From assembly GCA_030141605.1 (NCBI GenBank), contig JAQGDQ010000142.1:1-64000 (forward strand): DNA of 64,000 nt, written 5' to 3'. A model generated the notes under the pieces. The model was not told where the DNA came from, searched no databases, and saw only the letters and a list, made by a program, of their open reading frames with translations. The DNA is from Tubiluchus corallicola (lineage: Eukaryota; Animalia; Priapulida). Below, piece after piece: positions 40,901 to 52,885 of the stretch. Position numbers and translations under genes: made by a program. The stretch's first letter is position 1, and each line of letters opens with the position of its first letter.

Positions 40901-43900
40901 GCCTTTTTAACCTAACTTGACTGCCTTGCCAACTTTTGTTACTCACCCTTATTGTACACGGAAGAGCCATCAGGCATTGCAATCTTAGTAGGTCTTTGTC
41001 CAGTGCATACCCGCATTTTATCCTGGCCTATTTAATATTTAAGTTAATTGACCAATGCAAGTGGTTTTCATAACAAAGCAGAACTGATGGATTTTGTAGC
41101 TTAGCAGTATGCTATTAACAAATCAGGTTTAGCTCGTATAACTGTAGTTAAAAAACAAGGCTAGTCTTTGTATTCACAGTTTCCCTTTGTAAACACATAC
41201 ACACTGAGATACTGGCTGTATCATATGTACGAGCGCAAAAAGTTGCTGATGTCGAAGTTGACCTCTATTTAAATTCCATGCAAGTTGCCACTTTCGCGTA
41301 TGTATTTGTATAGCTTTAGTAGTGTCATTTTTTTTGTAACAAACCTTTCTCTTATTAATTTGATATTCAAAATTTGTAGTGTTTGCCCAGATTTCCTAGA
41401 AGTATTTATAGGTGTACAAAACTTATATTATTTTGTTTAATTCATTTTGCCAGTATCTGAGTGGTTGGATACTTGATGGTCACTGGCCAGGCCTAGTACA
41501 GCTGTTGAATGGTAGTGGCGCGACCGCAAGTGAACCTGTTTAGTTATCAAGGGTAACCTAAACCTCTTAAGATGAGGCACTGAACCAACAGAAGCGTTTT
41601 GGGTATGTTAGGATGTATCATTAGAGGTCCGTGCACAGTGTAAATGTGTGCCACAATGCTGAAGAGTATATAGTACTTCATCGCTCTAAAACCACGCTTC
41701 GTATCTAAAGGAGGGGGAAGTACTTGATTGTTAGCATAAAATATATCTTTTTACTTAATTGCTAACATGCAAGATGTTTTTTCTTGGTTGTGAACATATA
41801 AGATGCCCTTTTGCGATTACGTGTCCAAATGTCTTTGAATGGAAAATTGGCGCACAAAATTAAAATGTTTAAAATATACTTCAACCTGTGACTAGCGATA
41901 TAAACACATAGACACGTTTTATGTAATAATGTTACTTTTGGTCCACATGACCGTATATTTTAGCATAGTATCAGCCAGACTGGTTGCGTCTAATTTTAGC
42001 GGTTTTAGTCGGACCATATTAACGAATGTTCGTACCACAGCATAGATCTGTACATCCACTGTGCCCGTTCCGCCATTACCAGAAACTCGTTTCTCATCAC
42101 ACAGAGCTTTGCGTTTATTTTTTTAAAGCGTGTTTATATGTTAAGCGGCCTGTGACTAGTAAGAGAACTCGTTGCATTGTGTAGAACGCCACGTACAGCA
42201 TGCACTGTATACTCAACTGTACAATGCGTGCACGACTGTATGTCGACCGGTTTTACTAGTTACGAAACTGTGTAACCAACTCGTGACGGATGTTGTTATT
42301 AGCCCAGGGGGCTTGGTAGTCATAGTTTTGTTGTGCACTCTATTCAGCAGTCTATTGAAATAGTTGAAATTTTAAGGCTGCTGAAAATTCAGTCGTTACA
42401 GTTTTAGAAGTAGGATGAAGAATTATTTCTAGACGTTTTCTTCATCTTACCATTTTGTTATATGTACGCAACAACAAAGCCGTATTAAGAATGATTAAGA
42501 TGCATGAACACCTCAAACACAAAAAGCATTTAATTTTGAATAAAAAAACATGGCAAATCAAATCGCAATTAATGTTCAGTTGAAATTAGTGACCAGTACT
42601 AAACTTAATAAATAAGTTATCAATTTATGAACCGTATATTGCCTTAGTGTTAATTATAACTACTTATAGTTCTATTTTATTTCAGACTGCAGAACTTGCA
42701 AATTAGTATTTTATGTACTTGTTAAGCTTGTATACAACAGTAACTAAGTAAACCGGGAAAATATCCTGCAATTTATAACCAGCTATGAAATAGTAATCAA
42801 AATCGGAAATTAGTCATATGTAGACTAATAAAGAAGGCTTGATTAAAGCTGTTTATTGTGATTTATAAGTTCCATTGTTTAAGTTATATACATATTTTGA
42901 AGCAGAAAATTACCATTAAGCTTATTTGCCGTCTATCTCGGCATAGGCGTACATAATTTTAAACGCGATAGCAGTTTAATTAGACGCAACAGTAGAAGCG
43001 TAGGTCGCCCTACAAAGTTGTTCTAAAAACGAATGCGCTCAAATGATATACTGTATGTCAATGTACAGTACCTACATACGAAGCTGCATAGTAAACAAAC
43101 TAGCGCAAGAGCTCATAGCAATATAAATCTACTGTATGTCATTATACATAGTTTCATAATCATTGTAAAACGGATCACAGTGGATTTCTGGTCCACGCTG
43201 ACTACTTTCCGTGTCACGCCCCAAATATATAGCGGCTCGCATATTGTACAGTACATCTTCATTGTACAGTCGGCAATATCACAGAACTATGGGCGATACT
43301 TAGCAAAAGCTAGGTACAGCTGTTGTTGGCGTGGCGTGTGTTATTTTATTCAGTAGAGTAGTTTGGACGGCTTTTACAAAACCGCTTCGTGGCGTTCGGT
43401 GAGACAGCCATTTTGATGAGCCGAGAGTTGACTTCGGTCAATATACTGCAAATAAAGCGCTACTTCATTTTAGCTGTGCCTACATCACAGCTTTTAGAAT
43501 TGTGTGCATAAATTTCTCTTACGAAATTTGAACGGTTTTAGGCATTCATGGTAGCCAAAGGAATTTTCTAAATTGAACCGGGCTACGAGGCATAATGATT
43601 TGAATTCCACATTCATTGTTCGCAACGTAAATCATTATTGGATGCTATGTACTTTCATAATCGTCCGTTTCTCTGTCGTTTGACCATTTTACATTACAAC
43701 AGCTCAATGATATCGAATTGATTTTTAAAACTGTTATTTTGTGATATGCAGTTACAAGACATGTTTTAGAGTACCGGCTCTCTGGAAACATGTATCGTAT
43801 GGTAACTACTTTGCATAGTTTGCGATCTAAACTGTTCTTAATCTATTGAAGACAACCTCACATTTCAGACAAGGTTGGAAAGCAAATGACTAAGTTAAAT

Positions 43901-46900
43901 GAATTAATTAAATTATATTTTTATCCCTCTACTACTTTTGCATTCAGTGATGGTTGGAATTAATTTTATGAATTGTGCTTCCTTTATTAACAAACTACAT
44001 TTATTATTCACAACATCTAAAACAGAAAAGTTATTCTTCAAAACAGCAACATAACAGTTGCGACTGTGCTCAACTAATAGCGACCACTAAACGATTACAT
44101 TGCTTGTGGTCATAAATTCTAATTCTTGTAAGCTGTACTTTATTTGGATAAACTGTTAAGAAGTCTAAACATTTCTCTGAAAATGATCAAACGGACTAAA
44201 TACTATAAGAGCGTCGTCAGCATACCGACGATATTAAATTTTGTTTCTGTCTAAAATGCCACAAAAAGAAATTGGCCAACAATGGACCAAGCTGACTTTG
44301 CCATTACAATTAAAATGTTGATTACTTATTGACAACTTAAGCACATTCTTTAATGAAAACAGCACATCAAATTCAAATGTGACGGTATCACTGTCCTTGA
44401 ATATCTCGTCTAACAAAAGAGCTATTGTTTGATTTACGCGAATATTTGTGAATAAGGATTGAACATTAAAAAGGAAATATGGGCTTTAGAAAAATAGATT
44501 TCCTTATAATCATGAATAAAAGTACTTACTTCGTCTATTGGTTTAAATAGGTTTAAAAACAGTTTAAAATGCAAATTAGTTGTTATGTTGCGATTTGAAA
44601 TATTTTAATAGGAAATCTTGAAGACAGTGGATATTTCATGTTATTGAAAAGGACTGAGTGGGGTTTTATTATTGTGTATTGCACATTGCATATTAAATAG
44701 CTAAGGACGTGGCTGCCAGTTGTCGTTTGTAGTTGTAAGGTTATGCAAATTGCTTGCCAAATTGTAGTCACGTGAAATGCACGCTAGAAGAAAATTTCGA
44801 ATAGAATCAGCTCTGAGACTGCAGAGCTAGAGCTGCACTTACCTTGACTCAGGGAAATTTAATTTAATAAGAAAAATTAGCACCAATAACGCACTAAAAG
44901 TAACTTTATTGCCACTGAACATCATGATTTTGCAACTTTTTCGCTTTTTTTTCAAGCCATTCTCAAGTACAACTTGCAGAGTTTACTGTAAGAAACAAAT
45001 TCAAATACAATATTACATTAATAACCTATATCGTGGCGTTTTAGATTTTCTTGTAAAATGTTATGAAATAGATTGATTATGTATTTTAGTATAATGTTTG
45101 TGTTTGATTTCTTGTTGTGGATGGAGAACGTGACTGCTGCATATTAGTTTTGCTATGTCTACATTCAGTTAGGAAAATATCGTTTTGGTGTGTGTGTACA
45201 GATTATTGATGTATAGTAATATATTATTATATGTTGGAACCTTCATTAAGATTCTGCAATACTTGCAGAAGATATCTGCATGTATTTCCAAACAGTTTAT
45301 TTATTTATTTATTTTGTTCTCCGCTATGACGTTGAATAACCACATTACCTTGAGTCATCAAACTTGCAAGGTAGACTTGCTGAGAAATCTGTATTTTTAG
45401 CCCTTGTGTCTGGCGATGTCTTGGGAAAAGCCGAAACGCTGTTAACTCATGATATTCAGTGGCAATAAAAAGTGTTTTTTGGTGTGCCATTGGTGCTAAA
45501 TTTTTCTTAGTAAATATACTAAACGAAGTTGTCCAGAAAACTTACTGCAGAGTTGTTAGAAATTATTTTGTAAATTTTCTACCTCTACCAGTGTTTGTAG
45601 TTATAATTTTGCTGTGAAATGTAGCTGGTCGCAGCCTGTATTGGCAAGTTTGTACTCAACATACAGCATTTTAGTAATGGCGGCTGCTTTTATTGCATTT
45701 ACCCTGCAAAGCACACACAGCAACAGCGATGGCATGTCGGTTGCTGTGCATAAATTTGCGTCAATGCTATGGTCTGGTGGGCAAGTGAACTGATCGATAC
45801 ATGCTGTAGGCAACATGCATGGCTGCTCCCCGAAAATGTGTTTACCAGTTGTAGCTTGGGCCCTCGCAGCTAATATTGGGCTGACGAAACTACACACGTG
45901 TGTGCAATGTACAGTAGCGCTTTTAATATAAATAGAACTGCGCAGGGCAAAGTTCTTTGTTTTGAAAGATTTGCAAGGCCTGCTGCCATTGCGTTTAACT
46001 AATACCGACTTGGTTACTCACAGTTAAATTTAATTACGGTTGAGAACTAGTTGTGTAAATTGCTTACTTAACTAAATGAACGAAAAATTTCATGTATACC
46101 TTGCATGGTATTAAAAAGTCCAATATATATCTTTCTGTCTATGGACTTCTCCCCGCTCTGCAGATCTAGATTAGTTGATAACAATGTGAACACTTGATAG
46201 CTGATTGTGTATGATTCTTTTATTAAATTTATTGAATGCATTTATAATGGTGTTATTTAGTCACAGCGTAAAACCGCTGGTACAACATTGCTATTAGCTG
46301 GTAGATACTATCTTGCTGACTTCGTACGTGTAGGTAAACGAATACGTGAAAAGTTTCGTGATCTTTGCAGTTTTTCAAATTATTTGTTCACTGTTTTTCC
46401 TCCTGGCACAGCTTTACTCTGTGATATCCCTTCTGGTTTTAGTTGGGTCCGACGTCTGTCCACGCAGTGACCGAAAATCAGTCACGAGCGCTAAAATAAG
46501 AAACATGTGAGGATCGTATGGCAGGGACATTTTCTCTCCATGCTACATACCGATCTCATGCAGGCTTATGCTCTGGAAAACGTAAATTTACATACAATTC
46601 TCTGCAGAGTACAAGCCTGCTGTCACAAGCCTTGCAGTCACGGCATTTGTGTTTGGCGGACTGAGAACCTAAAGATTAACTTATAGAGAGATTAATTTCT
46701 TGCCCCAGGAGTTTCTTAAAGCCCTGTATCATTTTAATTTTTATAATATTCAAATTTCCAGCAGAAGGTAGGTGTCCCAAATTATTATGTTCAGTATTAC
46801 AATATATTAAATACGATATCTCAAGCTTTCGTTCACAGTGCTGAAGCATTAGCAGCATGGGTTTTTATAATAATGTAGATCATTCAGCTTTTCAATAATG

Positions 46901-49900
46901 GAATCCATTTTGAGATTTTAGGTTAGTAATGCAATGATTACGTTACAGCTGGCTATTGATTCTGGATCGATACATGTATGTGCAACCTGGCTTCTAGAAG
47001 CCTGACGTGGCGTGTGTGTACTGTACGCAGTTCACATACTGCAGCAGTTTCCAGCAAACAAATGCCAAGCATTCATGTCAATTTGTCAAAATATTGACCA
47101 GTACGCGCCAGCTTTACAATCTATTGGCTGAGGCCGCAGCTGCTGCGCTCGTTTTGTATGTAATTTAACATACAGCAGCGGTTGCCTGGCAACAAGGCGA
47201 AATATACGACACGTTGTCTGAGTTTTTGTCAGGTTGAAACAATTTCTATGCTTTCCCGAGAGAAAGAGATTAGTGACCTGCTGCTCGTCATAAAAATGGT
47301 TTATTTTTGAAGCGATGGGTACTTTTTCGTCACTTACAAAGATTTTGCTGCTTTACAGTAAAGATTGAAATAAAGAAATTTTGTTTTCATTGTGTCCCAT
47401 TGACGCCATTGTTGTAATGTTGTTAAATGCTTTCCGTTATAATGTTAATTTTGATAATAATGATTGTAACCACGCTTACACCTGGTGGGCTTTACCTTCA
47501 GCGATTTGACCCAATTTCAGTGTAGTTTGGTGCTATAATCACAGGTGTAGTATGTACAGTATGTTGAGACATGGTATTGTGAACAAACGTCTATAGTCGG
47601 GTTACCTGCATCCCACAGACAGACACAAAAAAGATCATTATACTTGAAGGATCGAAGAGAAAAGTTGTTCTGTTTTGCTTGCCTTTCTAAATAGAGTGCC
47701 ACAATGAACAATGTAAATTCACAGTTTATGCGAAATTTCAAGGAGGAAGAGAATTGTTTGCATTGTGCATATTATAAATAAAAATTATTGCATTATAAAT
47801 AAAACATTGATTTAAAATCTACATTCCGTTTTATTTAAAATCTAAAATAGCTGCATGGTGTATTTACATTCATCTTGAACTTGCAAGTACTAAACGAGAA
47901 CAAATTTTTAAAAATTTCCGAAACAGCAGGACATTTCAATTACCAAGATTTGCTTTTCTGGGAATTTTTGCCTGTGCGTAAAGACTGTATAACCCGATAA
48001 GTTCAACAAGACTTTGATATTTAGGTGTGCTCAATTTCTGTTTCTCAATGAATAATTTTTACGTACTTTGTTATTTCATTTTAAGTATTATACTTTATTT
48101 TTGTGCAAAGTTTTGATAACTTTGCAAAAAAATGAAATACGTATACCAGACTGAAAAACTCTCTACAACAGATGGTCTATTGGTTTCGAATTTAAACAGA
48201 ATTTTCTTAATTATAATTTTAATGACTTTAATAAATATTTTTGAAGTACGAGTGATTTACATATATTTGTTGTATTGTATAGTGCGCGTTTCCTGGAAAT
48301 CGGCTTTTGTTCGAAACATCCGTGTCTGTGTGACGGCGCACTGTGAATACACAGCCAAACCATATACTTGTGCGTCGTAGAACTGAACTACGCGACTTTT
48401 AACAGAGCTTTAATCAAATAGAAACAGCGTTTATGATTTTTATTTATACAGACATTAGTTTTTATATGTTATATGTTTTAATAGACATGAGGCTAGTATC
48501 CTTTTTTACTTATTCTTCCTGGCTGGAGTGTCATGTGCGCACTGACCAGTGACCAAACTACATATAATTTTTTTCAACTTGCCTAAATAAAAGACGAATA
48601 GGTGAAGTTTATCAGCTAAAATTTTATATGTTTATGGCTTATGCTGGCGGAATTGCCAAATTAGCTATTGGCTAAATGGCAATATAATTGTGTCTCATAA
48701 GTTTGGCACAGTTTTGGTGCTGGAACAGAAGTTACTATATAGTTCATTAGTCATTACATATTTTTTGCAGAAAAAGCTTTATAAATTGTAGCGAAACTTC
48801 ACTAAATTTAGTCTCAACAGTCTCTATTATTATATGCATCCATCCTTCAAAGTTTTACAATTTCAAATGTGGTCGTGAAGCAGGCGTCAAAATTTGGATT
48901 CAGACAGCGTCGCCGCTTTACGATTTTACCATCTGTTTTTCATAAGATTTGATTATTACACACATTGTCTCACGTATTTTCATCGCAAGTGCCTGTCTGG
49001 TTCCTATATTTAAAATAAAATGCTGGTTAAAGATTAGAGCATCATCTTTTGGTCCCACAAATTTTATAATTTGTTTAAAATTTCACGACACCAAAATGAT
49101 TAAGAAAAACAGTAAATTACGAATTTGTGTAAAAAATTAAACTTATACTTCGACATTTGTCTATATTAGAGTTAGTGGATATAAGTGAGAGGATGTTAAA
49201 TACAGTAATATACAATGTGTACTGCTGTGTTGCAGTTATTTCCTGTCGTTAAGGAAATTTAGGCATATACTTTGAACTCGTCCTCAGTTTTGAATGCTGT
49301 ACCAATATTGTACAGTTTAGGCTAGTCAAATCAGTGTGAGGTCATGTACAGTCTGAGTTATGTTTTTATCACTTTAACCAGACCCTTGCAGAGATATCTC
49401 AGTCAGTACAAAGTTGGCCAGATTGTAAACACGTTACTTATGATTGATTGTTTGTAAAGGACAGGTACTGTCAATATTAGAATTTCACATAAAACGAATA
49501 AATTTAAATGAAGCACGAATTAGATTTTATGACGCCGAAAGTTTCACTTGCTCCACTTCAGTTTTATAAAAACAATAATAGTAATAAATTATATACAAAA
49601 AGTAAAGCAATATTTACATTAAACTGATCAATTAACAGGACGTTGACGTAAGTCTTGTAGGCCCAATGTCGTAAATATTGCGCACACAATTATTTTCGTA
49701 GAATAGGAACAATAGGAATTTACAAAAAGGAGTTAACTAACGCCTAATCCAATATAATTGTATGCACGAACCTAAATCTACGAGCCTGGCAAAAAATACA
49801 AATTCCAGTTGAATTTGCAAAGGAAGGAACCCGTAGGTTCTGTACTTTCTTTGAACCGAATTTGTTCATTTCTGGGTTATAACTGAACAGATTTTAATCT

Positions 49901-52834
49901 AGATTTCTGAAAGATGTGTAACTATATAATTATTTTGACGTGTTTCACACCACTGGCGAGTTGCTGTTTGATTGAAGACGAGTTTTTGAACGGAATAGTT
50001 TTTATGGGTCTAGATAGGTTCTGAGAGTTAGTGATGGTTGATGTCTAACAACAGCCCAAGTTTTTTTGTGTTTCAGCCAATTGTGATTATCAATGATGGC
50101 CAATGTTTTTGTAAATTATAGTCAGTACGTTTACAAGAATAAAAAAATCAAATCGAATTGATTATAAGTAATGAAGAACTCCGCGCGAAGATCGCAAACT
50201 CATCGGAAGTCAGTTGTCTTTTTTATCCTTTTTGCAAACTCACAGATGTGTGAAGTTTTAATGTTTGTCTATTGAATGAAACGAAGAGAGCGTGATCATC
50301 TTGCGTTTCTCTCTGTATACACAACCCAAGACGTTTCGAATCCTTTGTCTAGTTTGACCCCACAAGTGTTTGGATTTCTAAGTTCATTTCACAAGAATTT
50401 ATTTTTGAGCCAGTGTTCGTTTGCTGCACGTTGACCGCATTTTGTTCAGTATAATCCTGTGTAATCATTGCGATTGTCTTTTTGCGAAATGTCAGGTAAT
50501 ATCTGCTACTCTCTGCGAACAATATCTCAGTGTCTTGCAGTATCTAGGTAAAAATGGCGCTTTAAAATGGCTCAGGAAAAAATGGAAAAATGGCACATAA
50601 TGTTATTTTAATGCAAATAATTTCTATAATAAAGCTAGAATGCGTTCAGTAGGAAGCAGATCTTCGCCAAGGTCGTAGAATAGATCAGGGTACTCTTTTG
50701 ACTGAAGAAATACAAAACAACGATAAACAGCGTACATACAAAAATATACGTGTATGTAAGTATTATATAAATTTAGCAAAAGACACAAAATATTTTGTTC
50801 ATTAAATATAAGTATATTCAGCAATGTGCGAACAATTCACATAGTGTTTGTCTACACTTGTTTAACCTTTTGGCGATGATAATAGATTGACATATATACG
50901 TATTTAGATACTAAGTCAGCTTCTAAGGCTATATACGTGTATGTACAGTTTAAGCAAAAGTTATAGTGTGTATAAGTGTGCCATGGTGCAGGGTAAAAAT
51001 GGCACATAAAAATGACAATCGAAAAACTTATGAAGTATGAGTTTAGGATTTGGCCGTTAGGGCTACTGTGAGGTATAATTATTTTAGTTATTTTTGGCTC
51101 TGCCAAGAAAGTTATGCTTCAGTCTTGCTTATTAGTTTTGGTTGATTGGTTGTTTTTTGTCTGTGATAGTGACATAACAGTAAGCTTATTTTGAAAAAAA
51201 CTACGTGACCGATTTCCATGAAACTCTGTGAAGAAGGCGGGTAAGAAAGATGTATTTTGACGCAGATTCCTGGTCGGCGAAGCGTGAAAACTGCCAAAAT
51301 AGTCGTTTTTCGCCCATTTTTTTCAGAAAACTTGGCCGAAGACCGCGTACAAAAATATTCCTGAATCACTGTGTGGATGGGCCTCAAATGAGAGCATTAT
51401 AGTTCTTTGAAAGAGAACTTGGCTACAGGGTACTTCGTTTTTGTTATCTCCACTTGGACAAACATCTGCGAGTTAGTCCCAGATTCCATTTCGAGAAAAT
51501 TATCGCTTGGAAAACTGCGCAATGTCGTCTATAATCTAAAGTTGCTTATACGCAATATCATCACTAATATGTATATGTATAAAGCCTCATAAGCTGCTTA
51601 GCTTGTATATACGTGCGTTTGTCAGTCTATCACCATCATCAAATGGTTAAAGGATTGTAGACAAACACTATGTGAAATGTTCGTGCATTAATGATTATAA
51701 TTCTATTTAATGAACAAAATATTTTGTGGCTGTTTTGCTAGTCTGTATATTTTGTAGGTTTTTTCAAAAAAAAAGAATTAGACAAAAGTGCCATTTTTCT
51801 TGTGCCTTTTTAATCTATATTCGTGTGCCATAGACAGCATTACACAGTTTTCCATTCCGTGCAAGAAAATCTCGAAATGGAACTTGGAACTAACTCGTAG
51901 TTGTTTGTCCTACTGGAGATAATAAAAACAAGTACCCTATCTTGTAGCCAAGTCCTCTTTCCAAAGAAGTGTAATACTCCCTCCGAGACCTCCACGAAGT
52001 GACTTACGAAGGTTTTTTTACGTGGTGTTCGGTCAAGTGACTCAAGTTTTCAGAAAAAAACAACAGCGAAAAAGCGCCCATTTTGGCAGTTTTAACCCCT
52101 TCTCCCGTCCAGGAATGTCAAAATGCATCTTTCTTGCCGTCTTCACCACAATTTCGTGGAAATATTTCAAGTAGTTTTTGTGCAATAGTCTTGAAACAAA
52201 CAAAGAATAGTGTTGAAGCGTAATTTCCTCGACAGTAAAGGTGGTGAAATAATTGGCCCTCCCCCCACACTAACCCAAATGCATATTTTGTAAGTGTGCC
52301 ATTTTTCCTATTTTTTCATTTGTTCTTTTTTCCTGTGCCATTTTTTACCCTGCACCGCGATCCGCTTGTAGGTAATTTTCGTTTCGTTTTATGTCTCGAG
52401 AGAATTGCGCCTTCAAAAGCAGTTTGAGAGACCAGCTTTTAATGGACTTTTGATAAACGTAACAGAACTCGTGAACGGGCAGAAGTTGGAGTTTATCTTC
52501 TGTTTTCATCGTGCAACTCTAGTTTTAGTTTGAACTTTATCTCCCCCTTCTGTGCTTGCAATGCCGTGCATGGGTGTTACTTGTATGTACAGTAGCTGTG
52601 CACAATGGTGACGTTCGTTTTCAAAATGTCTTCCTGTTGCTGGCAGCGCTGAAGGTCATCAATGTTAGCTCGTATTTACAGTAAATATAGCTGTTGTTGA
52701 CTTGCATCAGCGAGGTTTTTACGCAAGTACTGTAAATATAGCTGCAATCGTTTGGCAGTTCGTTTTTTCAAATGTCAATTGAAAATTGATATTTTTTATG
52801 ATGAAGAAGTTTTGTACCAGACGAACATTTTCTT

Positions 52835-52885
<51 letters not shown>

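Noticed and set aside
48496-48504. U12-type donor GTATCCTTT in SPEN intron 2
   Set aside because: No U12 branch point (TCCTTAAC) before a downstream acceptor. One such 9-mer is plausible by chance in 64 kb.
50530-52365. TSD for the outer nested transposon
   Set aside because: Flanks (TGTCTTGCA vs GCGATCCGC) do not match, so the outer boundaries are approximate.
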